In this document: positions 51,843-61,724 of the stretch, piece after piece
How the letters are laid out: each line of letters opens with the position of its first letter
Numbering within the stretch: position 1 is the first letter of the stretch
Virus record (IMG/VR): IMGVR_UViG_3300032782_000002
Length of the DNA: 64,000 nt
Strand: one strand, 5' to 3'
Origin: a virus
Taxonomy: Duplodnaviria > Caudoviricetes
The notes under the pieces: generated by a model
The model's input: only the letters and a program-made list of their open reading frames with translations
Database searches by the model: none
What the model was told of the DNA's origin: nothing
Translations under genes and position numbers: made by a program

Positions 51843-51886
51843 CCACCTCGACTGGGGCTGACAGACACGTCGTGACTGGGAGAGCG

Positions 51887-51915
51887 ACCCTATCGGTTCG
51901 AGCCCAGCCGGTCAA
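51887..51915 (-). promoter_or_regulatory. sigma70-type promoter of the replication operon
   Basis: TTGACC-N17-TAGGGT with a T-rich tract upstream. Confidence 0.6.
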
Positions 51916-52180
51916 CTAAAAAGTAGTGCTCGCCGTGACGATCTTGTCGAGGCGATCTGGTTGACGGTGTGGCGCGCGTGTGCTGCGCGGCTGGATAGGG
52001 GCTATCGCTGCGTGATCGCTAACCTACCGCAGTCCAGTCGATGAGGCGCTCGATCACTCGACGAACGTGCCGTAGTGGTGAGGTGCCGTGCGCCGGGCAT
52101 CGCGGGGAAGTCGGGGCCGGCAGGAGCGGACACGTGCAGTGCGGTCTTCCAAGCCAGCTCTTGAAGGACATTGCAGCCGC

Positions 52181-52987
52181 CTAAGTCGATGCGCGCGCAG
52201 CACGTTGAGCACGGTACTGGCGATGCTTCGCTGTGTTGGCCGCTCGGCAGAGCTGGCATCGACACCCATTCGTGTACATCCGGAGTCGTCCATGCGCTGT
52301 GACTCTTGGCACCGCGGGCGCCAAAGGGCCTCCGACATGTGTCCATGCTGCGCCGATGCAGACCTGGCGTACGGTCGTGCGGTGCACACCACAGGTGCCT
52401 GCGATGGTCTCGTACGACTCACCTGCTGCGTGACGTCTGCGCATGTTCAAAACAATCTCGTCGCTGATCTTCGCGCAGCCGTTAGCGCTCCCACGAGCTG
52501 GCGTTCTCGCCAGACGCAGTCGGTGAGCACGCGTGTACGGCCCTGCTGCAGATCGAACCGGACGGGTACCCCAATCGCCCAACAGACCGCTCTCACGCGC
52601 TCGCCGCATACCTTCCGCGACTACCAGCCATGCGGCATAGGGCATTGTGCCGCGTACGATGTTGCAGCGCAGACAGGATGGAACCACGTTGTTCTGCGTG
52701 TGCGCGAGTGCGTGGTCGATGCGATCTAGCGTCATGCACGATGGGTTGGGGTCGCCGCAGTAACTGCACGGCTGGACTATCAACCTGTGTACAAAGTCGA
52801 GTGTAAGGTCGGTTCCGGGACGTCCAGCTTTACGATCGCTGCCGCGCGCGTTGCGGACGATCGCACGCTCGCGAAAGTCGAGATCCTCGCGGTCGCGGCA
52901 TCGTTTACACAGGCGGCGGCGTGCGCTTGGACTGAGCGGCGCGCCGCAGCGGCACGTTGAGGGCTGGTGGGGAGTCGAACCGACCAC
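52181..52987 (-). CDS. HNH endonuclease with zinc-finger and HTH modules (start uncertain)
   Basis: CSYCG..TLDRIDHALAHTQNNVVPSCLRCN; GSANGCAKI HTH; HG..YTNGCRCQLC. Confidence 0.85.
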   Translation of the reverse strand: MVGSTPHQPSTCRCGAPLSPSARRRLCKRCRDREDLDFRERAIVRNARGSDRKAGRPGTDLTLDFVHRLIVQPCSYCGDPNPSCMTLDRIDHALAHTQNNVVPSCLRCNIVRGTMPYAAWLVVAEGMRRARESGLLGDWGTRPVRSAAGPYTRAHRLRLARTPARGSANGCAKISDEIVLNMRRRHAAGESYETIAGTCGVHRTTVRQVCIGAAWTHVGGPLAPAVPRVTAHGRLRMYTNGCRCQLCRAANTAKHRQYRAQRAARAST

Positions 52988-53043
52988 TTCGATGCTCTGC
53001 GCACGTATCCGAACCACGAGGCAACCACCATCGCGGCCAGCCC
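52960..53043 (-). tRNA. tRNA-like RNA, possibly a degenerate tRNA-Arg(TCG)
   Basis: GGGCTG/CAGCCC terminal stem, GGTTCGACTCC T-loop, CGTG-GTTCGGA-TACG arm; promoter immediately upstream; T-stem bulged and no CCA. Confidence 0.4.
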
Positions 53044-53049
53044 TCTTGG

Positions 53050-53079
53050 AGGCTAGAGTGCAGCCTGAGATAGTGTCAA
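53050..53079 (-). promoter_or_regulatory. sigma70-type promoter for the tRNA-like RNA / HNH gene
   Basis: TTGACA-N18-TAGCCT. Confidence 0.6.
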
Positions 53080-53397
53080 GCCAGCCGTTTTGAGCATCCC
53101 TCGGATGGTGATGCCGTCGTCGGGCTCGCCCCAGCGGGCCCACTGCGACGGCGGCTTGACGGGGCCCCAGAATCCCTCCTCGATGAAGGCCCAGCACAGA
53201 AAGTTCTCGGCGATGTCGCCGTAGCGGAGTTTGCGCTCGGCGTCCGGATCGCAGGCGATCACCGCCTCTTGCGCGAGCGGCTCGCCGCGACGGAGCGTCC
53301 ATGTGTCCTCGTAGACCTGCCTGGCGGCGCACCAGATGAAGCACTCGATGACGGACGTGCCCCAGCTGCTTTTGAAGCCTGCTACACCGACGAACAT
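53053..53397 (-). CDS. Hypothetical protein
   Basis: 114-aa ORF. Confidence 0.45.
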   Translation of the reverse strand: MFVGVAGFKSSWGTSVIECFIWCAARQVYEDTWTLRRGEPLAQEAVIACDPDAERKLRYGDIAENFLCWAFIEEGFWGPVKPPSQWARWGEPDDGITIRGMLKTAGLTLSQAAL

Positions 53398-53410
53398 CGC
53401 CCGCCCCTTT

Positions 53411-53914
53411 TCAAGACGGACGGCCCGCAGCCGCGAGCGTGTCCAGCTCGCGCCACATTGGGCAGTCGTCGGAGTGCGGGTAGAGCGCGCCTTTGAAGTC
53501 GAGGTACTCGCGCTGGTACATCACGAGCAGCTCGGGGTTGTTCTTGAGCGATGCGCGCATGTTGGCGATGCGATCGGCGAGCTTGAGCGGGATGGCGGCG
53601 GGCTGTGCGCGCAGCCGCTGGTAGACCATCTCGTTTCGTTCACGGCGATTCTTGCCCGGCCCGTTGGTGACGCTCGCGACGAGCATGGCGACCTGCTGGC
53701 CGAAGGCGGCCTGTAGCTGCTTGAAGGTGGTCTTGGTGTCTTCGAGCGTGTCGTGCAGCCACGCCGCTACGAGCACGTCGCCGGTGTAGCGGTACTCGGC
53801 GAGCACCGAGCGCACCGCGGCGAGATGGACGATGTAGGGCTCCTGCCCGTACTTCTGAGCGCCGTGCGCGTGCTGCGCGAAGGCGCGGGCTCTGTCTTCG
53901 AACGGTGTGATCAT
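53411..53914 (-). CDS. HD-domain (p)ppGpp hydrolase-like protein (small alarmone hydrolase/Mesh1 type)
   Basis: AHGAQKY..EPYIVH, AAWLHDTLEDT, LKLADRIAN. Confidence 0.85.
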   Translation of the reverse strand: MITPFEDRARAFAQHAHGAQKYGQEPYIVHLAAVRSVLAEYRYTGDVLVAAWLHDTLEDTKTTFKQLQAAFGQQVAMLVASVTNGPGKNRRERNEMVYQRLRAQPAAIPLKLADRIANMRASLKNNPELLVMYQREYLDFKGALYPHSDDCPMWRELDTLAAAGRPS

Positions 53915-54375
53915 CGCGAGCCTCGGGAGATACGGCTGCCCGCGTCGCGCACGAGCGCCGCGTAGTCGGCCAGGGGCATGTACATGCGGATGGCGCGGTC
54001 GCCGCGGATGACGGCGGCCATGACGCGGTGGTTGCCGTCGGCGACGTAGCCCTTGGCGATGCGACGACGCTGGGCGAACTTGCCGTACTTGGCGATCCCC
54101 GGGGGCAAGGGGCCGGGACGCATCGCGTAGGCCCTCGCCCGCGAGATCCGGGGCGCCCCGGACTCCGCCGCCGTCTGGTAGTTGAGCGCGGCGATGGGCA
54201 CGTACGCCAGGATCCAGTCGCTGTCGGCGCGCACGACATGGCTGCTCATGGCCTCGTCGGGCGCCTTGCCGTGCTGGCCGCGCGTGAAGACGACAGCGTA
54301 GCGGCGCGCGACGTGGTTGCGGCTGACGCGCTGGATGGCGAGGAACCGACTTCGGTGCTCGGGAGGCGTCATCAC
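53911..54375 (-). CDS. ParB N-terminal-like domain protein
   Basis: LPPG..YVADGNHRVMAA. Confidence 0.6.
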   Translation of the reverse strand: MMTPPEHRSRFLAIQRVSRNHVARRYAVVFTRGQHGKAPDEAMSSHVVRADSDWILAYVPIAALNYQTAAESGAPRISRARAYAMRPGPLPPGIAKYGKFAQRRRIAKGYVADGNHRVMAAVIRGDRAIRMYMPLADYAALVRDAGSRISRGSR

Positions 54376-54803
54376 GAGGCGCGATCCGCCCAGAGGTAGC
54401 CGCGGCTCGCGAAGGCGCGCGTCTGGACCTTGAGGATCCGGATCGCCCTGGGGTCGACGACCATGATGCCGTAGTCGGGCCAGCCGGGGCTCATGTCCAC
54501 GCCGGCCGCGCCCAGCCGCTTGGCCATGCGGATGTGACGCTGCATCGCGGCGACCATGCCCTCACCAGGGCGCGCCTGGTAGGGGATCAGCTTGCCGCTC
54601 AGGCGCAGCGTGATGAGCGCGGGTCCGTAGGCGCGCGTGGCGGTGGGCTTGCGCGGCGTGACGAAGACGGCGCGGAAGAACGTGCCGCCCATGCCCGGCG
54701 CGTCGGTGCGGGAGTGGCTGGCTCGCGCGGGCACACGAAAGCCGCCCGCGGCGATCAACCGCGCGAAGCGAGGGCTCGTCGTGTGGTACGCGAGCACGCT
54801 CAC
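54372..54803 (-). CDS. ADP-ribosyltransferase-fold-like protein
   Basis: LAYHTTS..I.AGGF..AVFVT..A.AYG. Confidence 0.45.
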   Translation of the reverse strand: MSVLAYHTTSPRFARLIAAGGFRVPARASHSRTDAPGMGGTFFRAVFVTPRKPTATRAYGPALITLRLSGKLIPYQARPGEGMVAAMQRHIRMAKRLGAAGVDMSPGWPDYGIMVVDPRAIRILKVQTRAFASRGYLWADRAS

Positions 54804-56268
54804 GGATAGGTGTAGCCGAGGGCCTTGCGCACGCGGATGACGAGTTTCGGATCGCGCTGGCCCTGCGCGGCGCGGGCGGCCATCGAAAGGCGCGCGGCCT
54901 GCTGACAGATCCCGTCGGCGAGGCTCTCGATGAGGCGCGCGTCCTTGGCGGAGATCCCGCTGTACTGCTCGACCTGCGTGATGACGTGGACGAGCACGGT
55001 GCCGACGCGCTCCATCGCCTTGCGGACGTTGATGTTGGCCATGCGGCTGAGTCTACCTCGGCCGAGCCCGGCGCGCCCAGGGGCTCGTGCAGGGCTTGTG
55101 CGCCCAGTTCTCGGAGTGCCAGGGGCCGTAATGGGAGTGGCGAACGGCCAGGGCGAGCGCCTGCTCGGGGGTGTACCGGACGCAGTCGAGCGGGCGGTAC
55201 CGGCGGTAGAACGCCGCGATGGTCATCGGGCGCTCTTCGCGGTGCTGCCAGTCCATCGCGCGACCGCCCCTGGTCTCGATCCAGGCGTGCGCGTAGGTCT
55301 GACCGGCGAGGGGACCTCGGGGGTGATGCACCCAGCCGTGCACGACGGCGATGGGGTGGGACGTCGGCGCGCGGAGCCACTGGGCGGCGTAGCGCACCGC
55401 CCACGGATAGCACTGGCCCTGCGGCGCGAAGCTCAACCGATCAGCCCGCCGGGGAGTAGGTCGCACCCAGATCGATGGGGGCCGCGGGGATCGAAGTGGC
55501 GTGCTTGTACGCCTCCACCTCGAACTCCACCTCCACCCAGCGATCGTGGGGCCCGAGGTTGCGAAAGCACACCGCGATGTCCTGCCAGGCCGAGGCGCAC
55601 TCCATCTTGGCACCGAGATCGAAGCCGTCCTTGAACAGCTCCACGGCGATCTGGTCGCAGTTGATGAACTGGCTGCGGTTGCCGAACTTGATCTCGCAGA
55701 GCTTGACGTCGAACTCGGAGTCGGACCGCACCGTCAGCTTGCGTGGGCGGCACATGAACGGTGCGCGCTCGGTGACGTTGACCCAGGAGAGACCCGTGCT
55801 GCCCCGGATGATCTCGCGGCGCTGCTTGCGCGGAGTCGGCATGCCGACTTGCATCGCCATGATGTTCGATCCGTACGCGACGTCCTTGGCGATCAGCACG
55901 GGCTCCACCAGCGCGACGGCGGCGGAGTCGTTGACCACTTCGAGCGCGAAGCACTCGGCGATGCCGACGACGTGATCCTTGAGCGCCTCCAGAGACACGA
56001 CGGGCCCGTTGCGGTCGATGGTCACGGTGCGGTAGCACTCGCCGTCCGGGCTCTCCGGATCGGCGACGAACGCGCGCGTCACGCGCAGCGGTGCGTCCGT
56101 CGACGAGAGCAGCCGCAGCTCGGCGGGCTGGAAGAGTCCCATCGGCTGGGCGAGAAAGATGCGACTGCTGCGAGGCTCGATCGGTGTGACGAAGGGCGCG
56201 TCGGGATCGCGCTGCTGCGCAACGGGGTGGATGGCTCCGAACTTGAGCTGGCGCTTGATGGTGGTCAT
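54800..56268 (-). CDS. Three hypothetical genes (54800-55042, 55053-about 55444, 55441-56268)
   Basis: Packed ORFs; the middle one has C..HG..HAW.E..D (transglutaminase-like triad). Confidence 0.5.
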
Positions 56269-56280
56269 ATCAGGAGCCTA

Positions 56281-56649
56281 TCAGCTCTTGACGACTCTGC
56301 CGATGACGATCCGAGCGCGCTTGCTCGGACGTGTGGTGAGGAAGCCCTTGCCGATTGCGCGCGAGTAGCGAACGGGTGTCTTGAACTGACGGGCGGTGAT
56401 GTCGAGGATCTCGCCGCGCGGTCCGACTAGGAACCAGTGCGGCTGGCCCTCGTGGCGGACGAACATGGGCTGCCAACCGGCGCGCTTGCCGCCCAGCAGG
56501 TGGTAGGCGGCCTCGGAGGCGATGTAGCAGTGGCCGGTCATCGGATCGCACCGGCGGGCGAGCACACGCGAGCGCCAGGGCTCCTTGAGCAAGTCGGGGC
56601 TCAGGGCGGTGCGCACACGAAGCGCTACGGCTTGGGGATCGCGGGGCAC
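56281..56649 (-). CDS. Phage hypothetical protein with C-H-D triad
   Basis: GHCYIASEAAYHLLGG, HWFL, LDITARQF. Confidence 0.6.
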   Translation of the reverse strand: MPRDPQAVALRVRTALSPDLLKEPWRSRVLARRCDPMTGHCYIASEAAYHLLGGKRAGWQPMFVRHEGQPHWFLVGPRGEILDITARQFKTPVRYSRAIGKGFLTTRPSKRARIVIGRVVKS

Positions 56650-56925
56650 GACTAGAGCTTCTTGCGCAGCGACGCCACGATGCGCTCGTGTGTCGAGAGT
56701 GCCTTGGCCTCGTCGTAGGTGCGCGCCGAGCTTCGTCCGGCGGATGACTCGGCGCCACTCCTCGTCGCCCCAGTCCTCACGGCGCCAGCGGCTCTTGCGC
56801 TCTTTGGCCTTGCGCTCGCCGGGCTCGAAGCGACTGCCGCGCACGCCCGCGAGGATCATGGCGCGCGCGACGCCGCTGCGGGGCTTCGGCGCCTTCTTGT
56901 GCTTGCGACTTGCCACGGGCGACTC

Positions 56926-57234
56926 CTAGCGACGGCGCGTGCGCGTGCGGTTGGCGAGCGCCCGAGGCCGTGCGTGGGCGCTGGTTTCGTTGAAGTCGTC
57001 GGCGATCTCCTCCCAGTCCACCTTGGCGTAGGCGCGAGCGCGGCCTCGGCTGCGGTAATCGGGGGTCCCGTCCGGGAACATGGTCATCGCCAGCGCCTTG
57101 GCCGTCGCCGCCGTGAAGGGCCGCTGCCGCCCGTAGTGGAGGACGGTCTTGTAGAGGTCCTCGTGGTTGTTGATCCAGAGGGCGAGGTTCCAGGTCTCGT
57201 AGTTCTTCCAACCGTTGTACTTCGCCATCGCCAA
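56926..57234 (-). CDS. Phage hypothetical protein
   Basis: YNGWKNYETWNLALWINN; W.EIA. Confidence 0.7.
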   Translation of the reverse strand: MAMAKYNGWKNYETWNLALWINNHEDLYKTVLHYGRQRPFTAATAKALAMTMFPDGTPDYRSRGRARAYAKVDWEEIADDFNETSAHARPRALANRTRTRRR

Positions 57235-57237
57235 CTC

Positions 57238-58413
57238 CTACATCGTGCCGCCGAACGTGATCGTGAACAGCCAGTTGACGGCCAGCGGCACGATCAGGCC
57301 GACCGCCACGCTCGGCCCGAGCGCGAGGCCGAAGCCGATGTGCGCGATGGCTCCGACCACGACGGCCGTCGGGATGTAGATCTCCGCGTCGGCGACGTAC
57401 TGCCGCATGGCGGTGGACGCGCAGTAGTCGCACGGGCCGTACGTCGGTGTCTGGCCGTCGGCCGACCAGGACAGGGCGCATTGCTGGTGGACGGCGAAGT
57501 GCCCCCAACCCCGCTGGGCGATGCAGTCGGCGTCGGTGAGCTTCGTGGGCGTCTGGGCCGGCGGGGCCTGGCCGATGTGAACGTGCTGCATGGCTCCTCA
57601 GGTGATGGCGCCGATGACTTCGTAGCGGCCGGTGTTCTCCATCTTGTGCCAGGTGATCCAGAGGCGCACCGGCAGCTCGCGGCCGTGCAGGCGAAGCGGC
57701 CAGCTGGCGCGCCCCTGCCGGCCGGTGAGGATGCAGGCGCGCTCCTCGGGATCGATCTCGATGCCGGTCTTCTCGACGGCCGCGTAGATGGCGTCGAGCG
57801 GGATCGAGTGGAAGTAGGTGGGCTTGAGTGTCCGGTGGACGTTGTCGTTGGCGGCGCGCAGCGCGGCACGCAGCTGCTTGGCAGCGAGGGCTCGCGAGGC
57901 GCGGGTGGCGGCCTGCACGAGCGGCTCGTCGCTGCTGTTGGCGTAGCGGCGGCGACGCATGGTTCAGCCGTTGTTGAGGAGCATGGCCGTCGCGTAGTCG
58001 AGCACCCCGTCGGTGCGCAGCTGCGCGGGGAAGTCGGCGGGGAAGTCCGTGGGCCAGCCACGCTTCTTGCCGGGGTTCGCGAGATCGGGGCCGTTGGCCT
58101 CGGCGTTGGCGCCGATCTGGATGGCGGAGAGCGCGGCGACCCAGCGGGGATTCTGGGGGTTGCCGTCGACCTCTCCGGCCGTCCACATGTTGATCGCCAG
58201 CGGCGTCGGGAAGTTCGCGATGTCCTCCTGCGTGAGCTTGGAGAGCATGTCGGCCAGCAGACCCTGGTAGTAGCGGACGGTCGGCGCGTCCGTGATGGGG
58301 GTCGTGATGCTGGCGCCCGGCGGCGGGGAAGCCGGGGACGGCTTGGTGGACACGCGACGGTCGAGCCAGACGAGCCCGACAACAAGGGCGATGGCGGCGG
58401 CGATGGGCCACAT
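57238..58413 (-). CDS. Three small genes (57238-57591 membrane, 57598-57960, 57964-58413 N-anchored)
   Basis: Packed ORFs; AGGAG RBS before 57591; TM segments. Confidence 0.55.
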
Positions 58414-58462
58414 GGCGAATGTACCTCTACGCCTGAGCCTACCAGGAGCCTGGCAGAACCAC

Positions 58463-58508
58463 AAAAGAAGACCGCCGCGCACGAGGTGTCGAGGTTCGTG
58501 CGCGGCGG
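58463..58508 (-). terminator. Intrinsic terminator downstream of the guide array
   Basis: 13-bp stem CCGCCGCGCACGA (58472-58484) / TCGTGCGCGGCGG (58496-58508), then TCTTCTTTT on the minus strand. Confidence 0.75.
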
Positions 58509-58678
58509 CGGCCCCTCTGAGCCTATGTAGTCCCGTTACAGACCAACCAGTCACGGATGCTCGCACCGGGCGCCGGTGGGACCGGGTGCGAACCTGGGAT
58601 GAAGGCTGTCATGGTTGCCGCGACGGGTCAATAGAAACTTGATTGGTTGCCTTGCGGCTGTGGTGGTTGTCGTGCTAG

Positions 58679-61600
58679 CGGCGCCGCACATGTGGGGTGC
58701 AGCTGACGGCCCGCGGGTTAGCTCCGGGTGACGTGCATCGTTCGGCTCGCGTTCTTGGTACGGGCTGCGTTGCGCCTATGGCTCGCGTCAGACTCGGGTG
58801 GCGCTCGTGGATCGGCGCGCGGCGGTTCGAGTGGGTTCGCGTCTTGTCAGCGGCTCGCGTGCGTCTGACTGGATGTCGTGTGTGCATTGGCTCGCATTCG
58901 ACTAACGGGTGACCTGTGTGCATCGGCTCACGCGAGACTTTCGGGTGGCGGATGTGCATCGGTACGCGCATTCCGCTTTCGGGTGGCGTCTAGCTAGCAG
59001 CTCGCACGAGACTCACGGGAGGTGCGTATCAACCCGGCACGCATCAGTAACGTCGGGTGTCGTCCCAGTGACGGCGCGCGCCCTTAGCACGGTGGGCGGG
59101 AACTTGACGGCGCGCGTTGAAGCATCGGTTGGCGTAGAGCTATCGGCTCGCACCTGCATCTCGGTAGTCGTGGCACTGTCGGCGCGCGTTTCGAAGTTGG
59201 TGGGCGGCTGTCCAACGGCTCGCGTACCGGTTACGGTGTTCGCTATCCCACAAGGCTCGCGCCCAGGATTCGGGTGACGGCACGCCTAACGGCTCGCGGT
59301 GGAGCAAAGGGTGTCGCGTTGCCAATGGCTTGCGTCAGTGGAGCGGGTGACGTCAACGGTTCGGCTCGCGCGGATACTACGGGCGGCGTACCACAATAGG
59401 CTCGCGCAGAGATAACGGGTGGCGTGACCAGGATGGCGCGGGTGGACACTACGGGCAGGCGCAGGCATCAGCGGCTCGCACAAGAGTCATGGGTGGCGCC
59501 GTCGGAGTGGCTCGCGCGTAAGCTACGGGTGGCCCGGCCGAGCTGGCTCGCGTGTTAGCATCACGGATGGCGCGATGCAGCGGCGCGCACGTAAGCTACG
59601 GGTTGCTCGTTAGAGGCGGCGCGCGTTCCACTGGATGGAGGTCTCTATCCACACGGCACGCGTACGATCAATGGACGGCGTCTCGAAGGTTGGCTCGCGC
59701 AAGGGAGGGTCGGGTCGCTCTTGCTGTACGGCGCGCACGGGTTTTCAGGTTGACGCTGGAAGGACAGCTCGCATCGTGGTCTTGGTGAGCGCAGGAAGGA
59801 TGGCTCGCGTTTTCGAGGTCGGGGACAAGGGTGATCTTCGGCGCGCGTACTCGCTTCGGGTGGCGTGCATTGGTCGGCTCGCGTCGGCGCGCGTTTTCAG
59901 GTCGGGTGGCGTTCAGCTGGTGGCTCGCGTCAGTACCGTGGGAGGTCGCTGAGTCATCGGCACGCGGCAGCACCGCGGATGTCGTTGAAGCATCGGCACG
60001 CATCTTCATCTTGGAGGGCGTTGAGCTGGGTGGCACGCGTTTGTACGACGGGTGGCGCCTCAGTATCGGCGCGCGGCAATCGGCTCGCACGGACATGTAG
60101 GGTGTCCTTGAATCATCGGCGCGCGGTCTGATCACGGATTGCGCTTGGGTGAGCGGCACGCGTGCTCATCACGGGTGGCATTGAAGTGACGGCTCGCACG
60201 TAAGCAACGGGTGACGACGTGCGTCGGCGCGCGTACGTGTTTCGGAAGGCGATCACAATCGGCTCGCACGGACGCATCGGGTGACGTGACGGACCGGCTC
60301 GCATTGGAGAGATGGACGACACTCGGTTGACGGCTCGCATGCGGAAAGCGGGCGGCGCACTGTTGACGGCTCGCGTCGCGCCATCGGATGGCGTGTCAAT
60401 TGTTGGCTCGCATGGACGCAGCGGGTGGCGCAGGTCAGTCGGCTCGCACGGGGCGAACGGGTGAGTGGCTAGCTCACGGCACGCGTCAACAACTCGGAAT
60501 TCGTCCGCCTTATGGCTCGCAGGGTGGTTACGATGTCGTCCGCTTGACGGCTCGCGATCCATGCTGGGTGACGCTGGTCAATCGGCACGCGGCGGTCGAT
60601 CGGGTGGCGGTGTTCATCGGCACGCGTTTCGGCGTTGGGTGGCGCGAGATGACGGCTCGCGTGGCACGCTCGGATGACGGAGCGAGACGGCGCGCGGGAC
60701 ATGCTCGGACAACACGCGGGTGGTGTGGAACCGGCTCGCCTGACTTCCATCGGGTTAGCGTGAGGATGTCGGCTCGCACACGGGGTGCGGGTGACGTTCA
60801 GTTGCACGGCTCACGTCGATCGCGGGTGACGTCCTCCTATCGGCGCACGTCTGGAAGATGGGTGTCGTACGAGGCATGGCGCACGTTTTTGAGGCGGGTG
60901 TCGTGAGCGTTACGGTCCGCGTTTGCAATGCGGGTATCGTGGAACGTACAGCTCGCGTGCGAACAACGGTGGTCGCAATGCGATCGGCTCGCGCGTTGCG
61001 TATCGGGTGGCGTAAGCACTCGGCTCGCATCTGTTGATCGGACGATGCTCTAATGTCGGCTCGCGTTCATGTCTTCGGGTGGCGCGGTGACAATGGCGCG
61101 CAGCTGGACGACGGGTGGCGCCCCCTCAGGTGGCTCGCGTTGACCCAACGGGTTGCGAATGCTCATCGGCTCACGTGCGAGCTTCGGGTGTGCGATGCAG
61201 ATGGCGGCCTGCGTCGGGGAATCGGGGGACGCTACTGGAACGGCTAGGTTGTCAACGAACGGTGCCCGGCACGCGTACGGCTCTCGGGCGTCAGTCTACA
61301 ATCGGCGCACGTGGGGCTGTTGGGAGGCTAATCCGGGGTTGGCGCGCGGACCTGTGTCGGGCGGCGTCCTACGACTGGCGCGCGCATGGAACACGGGTTG
61401 GGTTGTGTCTAGAATGGCTCGCGCTGGTGCAATGGGCGACGTCGCGCGAATGGCTCGCAAGGGATCCATCGGGTGACCTTCGGAAGATGGCTCGCAGTCA
61501 ACTGTCGGGTGGCGTTCGCGGGGTGGCTCGCGCGGACAAGAGCGGGTGACGTACACCCTACAGCTCGCGTGTCATTCGTCGGGTGACGCTCACAATTCGG

Positions 61601-61713
61601 CGCGCGCGGCTAGATAGCGGGTGGCGCCCATCCTACGGCGCGCGTGTAGGTGTCGGGTGTCCGCTGGAAAGTGGCTTGCGTGACAGCTTCGGGTGACGAC
61701 TCCAGCGACGGCG
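58679..61713 (-). ncRNA. TIGR-type dual-repeat guide-RNA array, about 82 units of ~36 nt
   Basis: On the plus strand YGGC[TGA]CGCR and CGGGTG[AG]CG alternate, each separated by ~9 variable nt. Transcribed unit YGCGAGCCR-N9-CGYCACCCG-N9. Begins about 12 nt after the stop codon of the Nop-domain gene. Confidence 0.9.
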
Positions 61714-61724
61714 TTCTTCGAGCC

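Noticed and set aside
51870-51915. tRNA suggested by GGTTCGAGCC
   Set aside because: No cloverleaf; the sequence is the spacer of a minus-strand promoter
58675-61556. Many short ORFs overlapping the array on both strands
   Set aside because: No codon bias; periodic CEP/RHP/ARV peptides are by-products of the repeats; unit-length indels break frame
58679-61713. CRISPR array
   Set aside because: Two alternating 9-nt repeats with ~9-nt spacers rather than 23-47-nt repeats with ~30-nt spacers; no cas genes in the window
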